From: Candidatus Nanoarchaeia archaeon
GTDB lineage: Archaea; Nanobdellota; Nanobdellia; Woesearchaeales; ARS49
NCBI GenBank assembly: GCA_041489925.1
Contig: JBGPSD010000004.1
Location: forward strand, 25,143-89,142
Direction of reading: 5' to 3'
Length of the DNA stretch: 64,000 nt
In this document: piece by piece, positions 1 through 9,169 of the stretch
Numbering within the stretch: the stretch's first letter is position 1
How the letters are laid out: every line of letters starts with the position of its first letter
The notes under the pieces: generated by a model
What the model was told of the DNA's origin: nothing
The model's database searches: none
The model's input: the letters and a program-made list of their open reading frames with translations, nothing else
Translations under genes and position numbers: made by a program

Positions 1-72
1 GCGTATTGCCATTGGCTGATAGCCGTGCTGCAGCTGCGCCCGGACATATTCATTAAGGCTTGAGTTCACCAT
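1..72 (-). CDS. 5' end (first 24 codons) of an unidentified protein running off the left edge of the window
   Basis: The reverse complement of 1-72 reads ATG GTG AAC ... = MVNSSLNEYVRAQLQHGYQPMAIR and stays open to the window edge. GGTG lies about 10 nt upstream of the ATG (70-72). Too short for a functional call. Confidence 0.25.
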   Translation of the reverse strand, partial: MVNSSLNEYVRAQLQHGYQPMAIR

Positions 73-163
73 CTTTTTCACACCAAACTTGCGAGTGAGA
101 CTATATAAACTTTGCCGGATACAAATCTATTTAAAATGCAGCCATAAAGTGTGTGCGGGGGAT

Positions 164-811
164 ATGGCTGAAGAACAACAGAAGCGCCAGGTTGCGCGGA
201 AGCTGTGGATAAGGGACATTCTTGCAGGCACCTATATCAAGGAAGAGGGCTTTAGGCCAAACCATATTATCCTGAAAGACAATTCTGCTGCTGCAAGGGT
301 CAATCTTCTCGGTGTCGCTGTCTCTGCAAGCTCAGAGGGCCTGCCCACAATCGTGGTTGATGACGGCTCTGGCAGGATAAGTGTCAGGGCTTTTGAGCCA
401 AGCCAGCAGATGGCTGCTGTCCAGATTGGCGATGTTGTGCTTGTAATCGGCAGGCCAAGGCAGTTTGGCGCTGAAATGTATGTCCTTCCTGAAATTGTCC
501 GCAAGGTTCCTGACCTTGGCTGGATTGAAGTGCGGAAGCTTGAGCTTTCTGCCGCTCCTCCAATAGAAGGCGCTGCAGCCCCTGTTCAGCCGGCTCCAAA
601 CACTGTTACAGAAGAGGCTGTTGATGACTCATTTGGGCTGAGCGAGACAGTGATGAATGCAATACGCTCGCTTGACACTGGCGCAGGGGCAGATGTTGAT
701 GCTGTTATCGAGCAGGTGGGCGCAAGCAATGCGGAAAAGGCAATCCAGTTCCTCCTTCAGAGCGGGGATGTTTTTGAAGTGAGCCCTGGAAAGCTGAAAG
801 TTCTTGAGTAA
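164..811 (+). CDS. RPA-like single-stranded DNA-binding protein (OB fold plus C-terminal winged helix, RPA32-like)
   Basis: Internal ATG at 164 of ORF 89..811, with TATA-like tatttaaaa at 128-136 about 28 nt upstream. The central region (ARVNLLGVAV...IVVDDGSGRISVRAF...GDVVLVIGRPRQF) looks like an OB fold. The C-terminal ~60 aa resembles the RPA32 winged helix. Family recognised from memory, not searched. Confidence 0.55.
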   Translation: MAEEQQKRQVARKLWIRDILAGTYIKEEGFRPNHIILKDNSAAARVNLLGVAVSASSEGLPTIVVDDGSGRISVRAFEPSQQMAAVQIGDVVLVIGRPRQFGAEMYVLPEIVRKVPDLGWIEVRKLELSAAPPIEGAAAPVQPAPNTVTEEAVDDSFGLSETVMNAIRSLDTGAGADVDAVIEQVGASNAEKAIQFLLQSGDVFEVSPGKLKVLE

Positions 812-812
812 T

Positions 813-1664
813 TTACACGAAGAATGCAGGCGTCACAAAAACTTCGAGCAATGCCGCCACAAAAAGCACGAAAATCGCGATTAGTATCAGGTCAGAAGCA
901 TCAAGTAGCACTTTCTCAAAGTTTGTTGTGCCAAAGTCATGCCGTATTATTGCCACTGACATTATTCCTCCTGCAAGGCCAGCAATAAAGTACGCCGCGA
1001 CTTCAGGAACCCCGTGAATTGCATAGCGCAATACGCTCAGCACACTTCCGTGGAGGTATTCTGCGGCTTTTGTCAGCCCAACCGCGTCAGCTGCCTGCGA
1101 TAGGTGGCCCTTGATGAAGTTTCCGATTGCAGCGCCGATGACGCTCGCGTTCCAGCTGAGGATGAATATTGCGCCAGAGCCGTAAATGAACGAGAACAGG
1201 ATGCAGAATATCATCACTTTGACATTATTCAGGAATATCTTGTTCATCATCCCGATTTGTGCAATCGCGCCTGTGACTGCCTGGTTCAGGTTTGAAATTG
1301 TGTGCGTCTGGGTCATGAACAGCTGCTGTGAAAGCGCGTTCGGCAGTATTACATACCATGCTGAGAACCCGACAACAAACCCGAGGAACAATGTGAGGAA
1401 GAATGTGATTGCCTTTGCGTGCTCCTTGAGAAGCGTGCGTTCCTTGGTTTCCATTATGTCTTTTTCCTCTTCAAGGCGCAGGGTCTGGTACATCAGCGGC
1501 AATGCAGCCATCACCGTGAGGAAGACCATCACTATGCTTGCCTGTTCTTCAAATATCCACAGGCTGAGGAACATGCCGAGAGAGGAATAAAGAAATCCCA
1601 GCAAAATAAGCACCCAAGGCTGGCGCTCTGCGCGCAATGGGTTAAGCAGGGATTCAAGTACCAT
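813..1664 (-). CDS. SpoIIM/DUF95-like polytopic membrane protein
   Basis: ORF 813..1766 trimmed to the ATG at 1664 (MVLESLLNPL...). There are several hydrophobic helices and an HGVPEVAAYFIAGLAGG motif typical of the stage II sporulation protein M-like family. A TATA box at 1688-1695 lies 27 nt upstream. Confidence 0.55.
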   Translation of the reverse strand: MVLESLLNPLRAERQPWVLILLGFLYSSLGMFLSLWIFEEQASIVMVFLTVMAALPLMYQTLRLEEEKDIMETKERTLLKEHAKAITFFLTLFLGFVVGFSAWYVILPNALSQQLFMTQTHTISNLNQAVTGAIAQIGMMNKIFLNNVKVMIFCILFSFIYGSGAIFILSWNASVIGAAIGNFIKGHLSQAADAVGLTKAAEYLHGSVLSVLRYAIHGVPEVAAYFIAGLAGGIMSVAIIRHDFGTTNFEKVLLDASDLILIAIFVLFVAALLEVFVTPAFFV

Positions 1665-1678
1665 TGTGCACGAATGCG

Positions 1679-1703
1679 GCAAAAGGGTATAAATACCTTT
1701 TGC
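1679..1703. promoter_or_regulatory. TATA box (gtataaata) flanked by a perfect 8-bp inverted repeat gcaaaagg / ccttttgc
   Basis: Read directly: gcaaaagg-gtataaata-ccttttgc. It is centred 27 nt from the minus-strand ATG at 1664. A second TATA (ttttataaa, 1721-1729) lies 26 nt before the plus-strand ATG at 1752. Confidence 0.45.
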
Positions 1704-1751
1704 TCGGGCAAAACACACAGTTTTATAAACCAAGAACGGATTATCGCGGTT

Positions 1752-2162
1752 ATGGAATATGAGCAATTGCTAGAGAGGGCCAGGGAGCGTTTGCCTGCTT
1801 CTGTCGTGGAGCGCGAACGCTTTGAAATCCCAAAAGTAAAGGGCCACATGCAGGGCAACAAGACAGTAATCAGTAACTTTGCCCAGATAGCCGGCACCCT
1901 CAGGAGGCCTGTGGAGCACTTGCTTAAGTTCATTCTCAAGGAATTGGCTACACCCGGCGATGTATTGCGCTCAGGGCTTCTTGTGCTTGGAACAAAGGTT
2001 CCGGCAACAAGGATAAATGAGAAAATCCGCGAGTACGCGTATGAGTTCGTGCTTTGCCCGCAGGACGGCAAGCCTGACACTGACATCATAATGGAGGGAG
2101 AATTTGCCTTCCTGAAGTGCAATGCGTGCGGATACAAGCAGCCGGTGAAGTCAAAAATTTAA
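1752..2162 (+). CDS. eif2b: Translation initiation factor aIF-2 beta subunit
   Basis: Internal ATG at 1752 of ORF 1419..2162; the long N-terminal extension overlaps the opposite-strand membrane gene. The 136-aa product has the eIF2-beta/eIF5 core (RFEIPKVKGHMQGNKTVISNF...LLKFILKELATPG) and a C-terminal zinc-ribbon region (C..D....CNAC). Confidence 0.85.
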   Translation: MEYEQLLERARERLPASVVERERFEIPKVKGHMQGNKTVISNFAQIAGTLRRPVEHLLKFILKELATPGDVLRSGLLVLGTKVPATRINEKIREYAYEFVLCPQDGKPDTDIIMEGEFAFLKCNACGYKQPVKSKI

Positions 2163-2169
2163 TTTCACG

Positions 2170-2466
2170 ATGATTGTTAAAATACATAAGCGTGAGAACA
2201 GGGCTGTTGTTGCAGTCTGCGACTCTGACCTAGTTGGAAGGAAGTTTGAAGAGGGTGAGCGCCAGCTTGACCTCTCAGGAGACTTCTACAAGGGCGAGGA
2301 AAGGACTGACAAGGAAGTGGGCGATATTATCCGCAATGCAGACATTGTGAACCTTGTGGGCCCAAATGCTGTAAAGATCGGGCTTCAGGAAGAAGTCATC
2401 ACCCAGGACCACGTCATAACAATCGCAGGCATACCGCACGCGCAGGCGGTCATAAGCCACGAATAA
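2170..2466 (+). CDS. DUF424-family conserved archaeal protein
   Basis: 98-aa ORF directly after aIF2-beta. The sequence (VAVCDSDLVGRKFEEGERQLDLS..FYKGE) resembles the DUF424 family that often neighbours aIF2-beta. Recognised from memory. Confidence 0.6.
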   Translation: MIVKIHKRENRAVVAVCDSDLVGRKFEEGERQLDLSGDFYKGEERTDKEVGDIIRNADIVNLVGPNAVKIGLQEEVITQDHVITIAGIPHAQAVISHE

Positions 2467-2468
2467 TT

Positions 2469-5400
2469 CTATCCAAACCACGCTCCAAGACCCATTTGTT
2501 TGTCTTTTTCCTTTCCGAACACGCCTTCAACCCTGAACTGCAGGAGCTCAATTGCCTGCTGCAAATAAGCTGAAACATTGTATTTCTTAGCAAGCGAGAT
2601 TGTTGGCTGTAAATACTTTATGACAGAGCCTTCTGAAATCGTGAACAGAATTCTTCCGCCGCAGGCAGTGCATTTGCCGACAAGCGGAGGCCTCCTAAAT
2701 TTCTCATTGCAGGCGACACACCTGAATTCCTGCATCCCGAACTTGCGAAGGTTTCCTTTTGTGTCTTTCAAAAAGTGCTTTTCAATCACGAGCCTTGCGA
2801 CGTCAGACATATCAACAGCCCTCAGCTTTTCCGCAAGCTCCATCTGCCCTCTGAGCTTTTCTTCCATTGACGGCAAAGTCTTGTATGCAGAGCACCTGAC
2901 TGTTTCGTTCATGTCTGTGAAGTCATGGGTGAAGCCAAATCCCTCATACTGCTCTGGCTTGTTGAGCACGCCTTTGATTTGCTTGAGCTTGATTTCCCAT
3001 GGCATCTTGTACTGCATTGCCATTTCGTACAGCTCAAGAGGATACTGCCAGACAATGTCTATGTCAAAAACCATGTCGTCAACTTCTGCCGGCGCAAGTA
3101 TGGAAGTCAAAACAAGCGGCGCGTCCATTGTTGAGCCTCTTGAGCTTGGCAAATACTTTTTGGAAAAGTTCAGGAATGCGTCCATAAGCAGTATGACGCA
3201 GGCTTCATCTCCGTCACAGTCCCTTCTTGTGGCTGCGTGAAGGTATGGGTGGGCGAAAAACCCCTGCGTCTTGCTGAATCCGATAATCCTGCACACCATT
3301 CCTGCTGATGTGTGCGGCGCCAGCCCGACAGCGAGGTGGCCGACAAGGTCTTCTGGCTTCTGGAAGTTGTAAAACGGCTGGACTCCGTAAAGGTTTGTGA
3401 GTTCATCGTCGATAAAATTGGCAACCCGCATCAGCACCGCGCTGGCTCCTTCGTCAGGCGAGACATCGCAGTCAGGCAAAATTATGTCCTGCGGCTTCAG
3501 CTCAAGCACCTGTTCCGCATTCTCAAGCGGCTTTCCCTTGATATCCTTGTCATAGCCGAGCTCTTTGAGCCGGTCAATGCCGGTGCCGATTTCTTTTGGC
3601 TTGAAATGTGTCACAGGAAGCTGGGTCATGTCATAGCGTATTGTGCCGTCCTTGTTGACAGCGACTTCATGCTTTGACCTGAGCATTCCCTTTGCAAGGT
3701 GCTCTGGGATATGCTCCCTGTTGCTTGTTCCCTTTACGCCTTTTATCAGTTCGGGATGCGTCCTCATTCCCACTTTTTCCGCTGCCTTGCTGAAATACTG
3801 CTTTGCGTCAATTGCAATCTCATGAAACGGCGTTGTTTCGCCGTGCTTGGGGCATATTGCCTCGTGAATCCAGGCATTGCAGCCCTTGCAAAGCCAGGTC
3901 CTTTTCGCCGGCTTGTCACAGTTCTCGCAGACAGGCAAAACTGTTGTCCTGTTGCACCCTTCACACTCATATCTTGGGAATTCTGCTGTTATGACCCCTT
4001 TTTCCACTGCGCTCTGGAAGCTTCTGAATTTGCCCCCTTCATCCCCCACAGGGAAAAGGCAGTGCGGAGAGCCTGTGAGCTTTCTCATCTTTGCTTTTTC
4101 AGGCCTGCCCATCCTCGCGCCGATGAAAGTGCCTGCCTTGTCGCGTATCGGGACTGGTGAGAAAAGGTTTACCAGCTCAAGCGCGTTTTTGTCAGGATGC
4201 CTGTCAATTATGTCCAGCAGTGTTGCCGTGTTTTTCGTTGGCCAGCCGAATGTTGCGAGGATTGCCTGCGCGTGGTCTGATTCGATGACAATGTTTTCGT
4301 TAAGCACAACCTGGTGGGGCACTCCTGCGAGCTCGAGCGCCCTTTTTGGCTCATCCTGTTTTGGAAGGACGAGCTTTGCAACTGTCTTTCCATCTTCCCG
4401 CATGTGGACTGTTTTTTTGTCCATCCACTGGACAATTGCCCTCAGCTGTTCTGGATTGATTGTGCTCCAGTAATAAGTGTATGCCGAATGGAGCGGGATT
4501 CCGAATACTGTGCTGAGCTTTACAGCATCATGCGCTGGCGGGGTTGTGAGAAGCGGGTCATTGATTACTGCCTGCATTAATTCAGCCGGAACTCCTGCTT
4601 CTGCAGCGATTTTTTCAGCAGAAACCTCATTGTGCTTTGCTGTTGCTGCTTTTTCAAGCTCGCGCATCCACCATTCAGGGCAGTAGCCTGGCGGGATGAG
4701 CATATGGTTGCGGTTGAGGAAGTCTCCGTAATTAACAAGGATGTCGCCAAGGAAAAGTATTTCAACAATTTTGCCCTGCACTGCCTTGTAAGCGTTCATG
4801 CTCTGCACCTGCACGACAGAGCCGTCTGTGAGCTTGACTATTGGGCCGTCAATTGTGTCGCAGGCTGTGATTGCTGTCCCTTTCTTTGGCCTTTCTGTCT
4901 TCAGCTGTGTTCCTGTTGCGAGATAGTTTGTTGTTATCAGCATTGTTGCAGGATGCACGCAGTCTGTTGAGTATCCTGACATCCTGCTCCTGCCGTATCT
5001 CAGCCTGAATCCGCCTGCCCTGAGCGGGTGTGCAAAGACAGGCCTGCCTGCGACAAGGTCTGCGATGTAGCTGAAGTCAGGGGAGAGCTTGCTTGAGCTT
5101 TCCTTCTTGACAGCCCCTTTTGCTTTCACAGCTTTCTGGATTTTCAGGTATTCCTCAAGGAAGTTCCAGTGCTCTATGTTGAAGTCCTTTCCCCAGACAT
5201 TGAGCTTTCCCCAGATTTTTGGCGCCTTGAGCGGGATGCATTCTGTCATCATAAGGCAGAATCCACTTCTGATGAGGTTTGTCGGAATCCTTGGCAGGTC
5301 CTTGTAATTGGAGACTTCGAATTTTTCAGAAGGCTCGCCGCCAACCTCAATCGGCATGTGTTTCATCAGAAAATCTATTTCCTCATATGCCGGAAAGTAC

Positions 5401-6035
5401 TGCCTTGGCGCCACGCGCTCGCGGTAGTCTGTCATTTCCGTGTAAGTGCGCTTGATTTCAAGCTCCTGCGCGTCATAGACATCATAATGGAACATGTTCC
5501 TGACATAGTCTGCGATTACAAGGCACACTGTTGCTGCTGTTCCTCCTGCGTTTCTTATCGGTCCTGCCATATTGACGCAGAAATACTCGCCCCTGCCGTC
5601 CATTCTTTTCTTTATGTCAATGCCCACAAGCCCGTCAAGAGGCGATGAGACAACTCCGACAGTGACGTATGCAAATCCTGTCCTGATTCCGACGTCAATT
5701 GCCTCTTTCTGGTCCTTGAACTTGCAGAATTTTTGCTGGGCAATCTCTCCTGCTATGGAAAGCCCTACTCTCCAGTCAAGGGAGCCGTATTGTTTTTCCA
5801 GCTCGATAATCCTTTCAACAACTCCTGAGTTTGCAATTTGCGGCGCTATGACGCTGATTAACCCGACGACTCGCTCTGCCATGTTTGCAGCGAGCTTGAT
5901 TTCCACTGTTGTGTCAGGGTCATAGCCTTTTGCCCTTGCCTTTGATGCGAGCTTGTGCGCTGCGTCAACCTCTTTTTGTATGCCTTCAAAGTACTTCATC
6001 ATTGCAGGGCTGCATTGCACCTTGACTTCTGTCAT
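2469..6035 (-). CDS. polC: DNA polymerase II (PolD) large catalytic subunit DP2
   Basis: 1188-aa ORF with Cys4 zinc modules (CEGCNRTTVLPVCENC, CVACNEKF...CTACGG). A C-terminal PIP-box-like QMGLGAWF is present. It sits immediately downstream of DP1 in one operon. The length is normal, so no intein is evident. Confidence 0.95.
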   Translation of the reverse strand: MTEVKVQCSPAMMKYFEGIQKEVDAAHKLASKARAKGYDPDTTVEIKLAANMAERVVGLISVIAPQIANSGVVERIIELEKQYGSLDWRVGLSIAGEIAQQKFCKFKDQKEAIDVGIRTGFAYVTVGVVSSPLDGLVGIDIKKRMDGRGEYFCVNMAGPIRNAGGTAATVCLVIADYVRNMFHYDVYDAQELEIKRTYTEMTDYRERVAPRQYFPAYEEIDFLMKHMPIEVGGEPSEKFEVSNYKDLPRIPTNLIRSGFCLMMTECIPLKAPKIWGKLNVWGKDFNIEHWNFLEEYLKIQKAVKAKGAVKKESSSKLSPDFSYIADLVAGRPVFAHPLRAGGFRLRYGRSRMSGYSTDCVHPATMLITTNYLATGTQLKTERPKKGTAITACDTIDGPIVKLTDGSVVQVQSMNAYKAVQGKIVEILFLGDILVNYGDFLNRNHMLIPPGYCPEWWMRELEKAATAKHNEVSAEKIAAEAGVPAELMQAVINDPLLTTPPAHDAVKLSTVFGIPLHSAYTYYWSTINPEQLRAIVQWMDKKTVHMREDGKTVAKLVLPKQDEPKRALELAGVPHQVVLNENIVIESDHAQAILATFGWPTKNTATLLDIIDRHPDKNALELVNLFSPVPIRDKAGTFIGARMGRPEKAKMRKLTGSPHCLFPVGDEGGKFRSFQSAVEKGVITAEFPRYECEGCNRTTVLPVCENCDKPAKRTWLCKGCNAWIHEAICPKHGETTPFHEIAIDAKQYFSKAAEKVGMRTHPELIKGVKGTSNREHIPEHLAKGMLRSKHEVAVNKDGTIRYDMTQLPVTHFKPKEIGTGIDRLKELGYDKDIKGKPLENAEQVLELKPQDIILPDCDVSPDEGASAVLMRVANFIDDELTNLYGVQPFYNFQKPEDLVGHLAVGLAPHTSAGMVCRIIGFSKTQGFFAHPYLHAATRRDCDGDEACVILLMDAFLNFSKKYLPSSRGSTMDAPLVLTSILAPAEVDDMVFDIDIVWQYPLELYEMAMQYKMPWEIKLKQIKGVLNKPEQYEGFGFTHDFTDMNETVRCSAYKTLPSMEEKLRGQMELAEKLRAVDMSDVARLVIEKHFLKDTKGNLRKFGMQEFRCVACNEKFRRPPLVGKCTACGGRILFTISEGSVIKYLQPTISLAKKYNVSAYLQQAIELLQFRVEGVFGKEKDKQMGLGAWFG

Positions 6036-6038
6036 TTT

Positions 6039-7556
6039 TTAGAACCTCATCATCTTTACTGCCCTTGTCTGAAGGTTGATTATAGGAACTCTTCCTGGGT
6101 CTGGCTCGTGCCCCATTTTTTCCTGGAATGGCGTTTTTGCCTGGAAGCAGCTGCACGAGATAATGCTGACTCCGCGGTAGCTTGCCGCATTGCTCTTGTG
6201 GATGTGGCCTCCGATGAAAATGTCAGGCACTTTTTCCAGCACAAGCGGGTCTTTTTCAGGGTCTGGGAAGTAAAGTGTTGATGAATGTGTCGGAGCGAGG
6301 TGCCTTCTTTGCAGCAAAAACTTCATTATCGCGGGTGTCCTGTCAGAAATGTTCTTTGCAGAGTTCTTTATGCTGGGCACTATCTCGCCATAGTCGTCAA
6401 AGCTGTAGCCGTGATAGATAAGGACATCAAATCCGGGAAATATCTGCGAGCCGTGGATGTTTATTATGCATGGGTTTCCGAGCATTATTGCATTTGGCAG
6501 TTCATAAAGCGCTTTTGCATAATTCCTTGAAAGTGGAGGCTGAGGCTCTGAGATTCTGCCTGCGTCGTGGTTTCCCGGGCAGATTATTATTGGGATGTGC
6601 GCCGGAATCTGCTTCAGGAGCTTTGCTGCTTCCTTGTACTGCTCGTAGATGTCAAGGATTTCAAGCTCTTTTTCCTGGTTTTGGTAGATTCCAATGCCGT
6701 CAACAAGGTCTCCTGCGATTATTACGTATCCGACTTTGCTTGCGATTGCCTTTTGCTCTTCAGTTCCTGTTTCTCCCCTGAGCCACCTGATGAACTTGTC
6801 AAATGATTCTTTCAGGAACAGTGTTGAGCCGACGTGGATGCAGGAAAGCACTGCCACGTATGCCTCGTCAGGAGACTTCTTCAGTTCGCCTGTGAGCGGT
6901 ATGTCTGGGATGACAACATTGTTCGCGAAGACAACATTGTTTCCTGTTGAGCCCACTATGCCTATAACTTCGTCAGGCACTATGTCTTTGGCGGCTTCAT
7001 ATGTGTCTTGCTTGTTTTTGCTCACAATCACTTTTATCCTTCCGCTTGGGTCTTCGAGCAAAAGCACCAGGTTTTCTTTCTTTGTTGTCTGCTTGTCAGC
7101 CACAATTCCTATTATTGACACTGTTTCCCTGTCTTTTTTGTTGTTCAGCCTTCCTATTGATGTCAGGTTTTGGAGCTCTGACCGTTGGTGGAGCATTTTT
7201 TCTATTGCCTTGTATCGTGCATTAAAGTAGCTGACAAAGTGCTGGGGGGAGAGCTTTTGCGGCTTTTCCTGGTACTGAAATACAACCTTTACCCTTGAAA
7301 GATATGACTCTGGCGACGCTGTCTGGGGCTGGGCGATTGTCTGAAGCTGCGTTCCTGAGGCAGTCATTGAGACTTCCTGGCCTGACATTTTTTGCAGTAT
7401 CAGGCTTGCCGGCACTCCCTGCAAAACCTGCTGGTGCATAACCTCTACAAATTCAGGCTGTGACAAGGATGCTAGAAGCTCTGGCTTGACGAGCACTTGC
7501 TGGCTTAGGAGGTATTTTACAATTTCCTTTTTTTGTGTGTCTGTGTCAGGATTCAT
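6039..7556 (-). CDS. polB: DNA polymerase II (PolD) small exonuclease subunit DP1
   Basis: 505-aa ORF with calcineurin/Mre11-type phosphoesterase motifs (GDLVDG, GNHD, GGHIH) in the C-terminal half. Its start overlaps the cdc6 stop by 11 nt. Confidence 0.95.
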   Translation of the reverse strand: MNPDTDTQKKEIVKYLLSQQVLVKPELLASLSQPEFVEVMHQQVLQGVPASLILQKMSGQEVSMTASGTQLQTIAQPQTASPESYLSRVKVVFQYQEKPQKLSPQHFVSYFNARYKAIEKMLHQRSELQNLTSIGRLNNKKDRETVSIIGIVADKQTTKKENLVLLLEDPSGRIKVIVSKNKQDTYEAAKDIVPDEVIGIVGSTGNNVVFANNVVIPDIPLTGELKKSPDEAYVAVLSCIHVGSTLFLKESFDKFIRWLRGETGTEEQKAIASKVGYVIIAGDLVDGIGIYQNQEKELEILDIYEQYKEAAKLLKQIPAHIPIIICPGNHDAGRISEPQPPLSRNYAKALYELPNAIMLGNPCIINIHGSQIFPGFDVLIYHGYSFDDYGEIVPSIKNSAKNISDRTPAIMKFLLQRRHLAPTHSSTLYFPDPEKDPLVLEKVPDIFIGGHIHKSNAASYRGVSIISCSCFQAKTPFQEKMGHEPDPGRVPIINLQTRAVKMMRF

Positions 7557-8775
7557 TTGGGGATGTCAGCGCGAACTCTTCGGCGAGAGTCTGAAGGATT
7601 TGGGGGGTTAGCTCGTCATTTGTTGAAACCGAGATTTCCCTTGTCCTCCCATAGCGTCCCTTTGAGATGACCTTGGCGTTTATGATGCCAAGCATGTCAA
7701 GCTCGCCGATGATGTCCGAGATTCTGCGTTGGGTAAGCGGCCTTAGGCCGACCCTGCTGCAGAGCGACTGGTAAAGGTCATACACCTCCCCGGTGAAGAC
7801 CTGTTCTTTTTTCTTTGAGCAAATTGAGTAAATTGAGTAGAGTGCAGCCTGGTATTGCTGGGGCTGGGTCTTGATAATCTCAAAAATCCTGTCGGTTTCT
7901 ATCTTGTGTTCTGCGTGGTCAAGGTGCTCTGTTGTGACTTTTGACAAGCCTGCGCGTTCAGAGAGCTCTGCCGCAACCCTGAGAAGCTCTATTGCGCGCC
8001 TTGCGTCGCCGTGGTCTCGTGCTGCGAATGCCGCGCATTTTTCTATCAGCCCCGGAGTTATCGCTCCGTGGACAAATGCCTCTTCTGAGCGCTGCTTCAG
8101 TATGTCCTGCAGCTGCAGGGCGTTGTATGGCGGGAAGAAAAGCTCTTCCTGTGACAATGAGCTCTTGACTCTTGGGTCAAGCACGTTTATGAAGTTGGCA
8201 TTGTTTGAAATACCGATGATTGAAATCTGGGCTTTTTTCAGCTCTGTGTTGATTCTTGTAAGGTTGTAAAGCATGTCGTCGCCCTCTTTGTCCATCAGCT
8301 GGTCAATTTCGTCAAGGACAAGGAGGATGATTTGCCTCTTTGTATCAACAGCCCTTAGGAAGGCCGCGTAAATTTCCTCTGTTGGAAGCCCGGTTATCGG
8401 CAGGTTTGCATTGAATTTTTCCCTTGTGATGTGGGCTATGAGCCTGTACTGGGTGTCTGCAACTTTTTTCATCTTGCAGTTTATGTAAACAGGCACTATT
8501 GGGACTTCCCTGCCTGAGGCAACTTTTGCCAGGTTTTCAACAGTGTGCTGTGCAACAAGCGTTTTTCCTGTTCCTGTCTTGCCGTAAATGAAAATATTGG
8601 ATGGCTTTTCACCGCGCAGGCTCGGAGCCAGGATTGTAGCCAGGCCGTTAATCTGTGCTTCCCTGTGTGGTATTGTGTCAGGATTGAAATTTGACTGAAG
8701 AACTGCCTTGTTCTTGAACATTGATTTTCTGTCCAAGTACTTCTCAAAAAAATCTACCAACCCCTTTTCCTGCAT
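7546..8775 (-). CDS. cdc6: Orc1/Cdc6 replication initiator
   Basis: 409 aa with Walker A GKTGTGKT, Walker B LVLDEID and a C-terminal winged helix. It is adjacent to an AT-rich intergenic region. TATA (tatttata, 8801-8808) lies about 27 nt upstream of the ATG at 8775. Confidence 0.95.
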   Translation of the reverse strand: MQEKGLVDFFEKYLDRKSMFKNKAVLQSNFNPDTIPHREAQINGLATILAPSLRGEKPSNIFIYGKTGTGKTLVAQHTVENLAKVASGREVPIVPVYINCKMKKVADTQYRLIAHITREKFNANLPITGLPTEEIYAAFLRAVDTKRQIILLVLDEIDQLMDKEGDDMLYNLTRINTELKKAQISIIGISNNANFINVLDPRVKSSLSQEELFFPPYNALQLQDILKQRSEEAFVHGAITPGLIEKCAAFAARDHGDARRAIELLRVAAELSERAGLSKVTTEHLDHAEHKIETDRIFEIIKTQPQQYQAALYSIYSICSKKKEQVFTGEVYDLYQSLCSRVGLRPLTQRRISDIIGELDMLGIINAKVISKGRYGRTREISVSTNDELTPQILQTLAEEFALTSPNES

Positions 8776-8781
8776 CTCAAA

Positions 8782-8795
8782 GTTCCAAGTGAAAC
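8782..8795 (+). promoter_or_regulatory. ORB-like box gttccaagtgaaac (left of the AT-rich region)
   Basis: Matches 11 of 14 positions of the mini-ORB consensus GTTCCAGTGGAAAC as I recall it. It lies between the cdc6 TATA box and the cdc6 ATG. Confidence 0.45.
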
Positions 8796-9079
8796 GCAGG
8801 TATTTATACTTTTCTTTTGAGCAGACTGCATATCACACCCCATCGTTTCTTATGGAGAAATGGAAGTATTGGTTGTGTTGTATGTATGTATTGTATAGTA
8901 AAATATGTATATTATGTAGTATTTGTTCATGAAGCGAGGTTTTATATATTAATTAATATCTTTCTATATAATAAATAATAATGTGTTTAAAAACAACTCA
9001 AAAACATATATTTAAAAATAACTACTACAATATACCTATTATAAACAAATAAAACACACGTTCGACGATAAAAATGATG

Positions 9080-9093
9080 CTTTCCAAAGGAAC
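9080..9093 (-). promoter_or_regulatory. ORB-like box (reverse strand gttcctttggaaag) with an adjacent G-string (ggcgggg, 9096-9102)
   Basis: The reverse complement of ctttccaaaggaac matches 11 of 14 positions of GTTCCAGTGGAAAC. It is inverted relative to the 8782 box and lies on the other side of the AT-rich stretch. Confidence 0.4.
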
Positions 9094-9169
9094 TGGCGGG
9101 GTCACCCTTCGCCGTCTTAATTGTTGCTACTCCTCGATACTAAAAAATCAAAAGCTTTATATAGCGCAC

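Noticed and set aside
1419-1751. Long N-terminal extension of the aIF2-beta ORF (start at 1419)
   Set aside because: The extension overlaps the opposite-strand membrane protein gene and has junk-like composition. The ATG at 1752 lies exactly 26 nt after a TATA box and gives a normal-length aIF2-beta.
2578-5925. Numerous plus-strand ORFs of 60-220 aa inside the PolD DP2 gene (e.g. 2578..3240, 3877..4473, 5169..5648)
   Set aside because: They are antisense shadow ORFs within a very well supported 1188-aa gene. Their sequences are low-complexity and Ser/Leu/Cys-rich with no motifs.
2469-6035. Intein in PolD DP2 or in RFC/Cdc6/PAN
   Set aside because: All have ordinary lengths and uninterrupted conserved motifs. 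No Cys/Ser...HN splice-junction blocks or homing endonuclease motifs were seen.
8881-9060. Possible CRISPR leader/array or mobile-element remnant in the AT-rich gap
   Set aside because: There are no regularly spaced direct repeats, no cas, integrase or transposase genes nearby, and no terminal inverted repeats. An origin next to cdc6 explains the region better.
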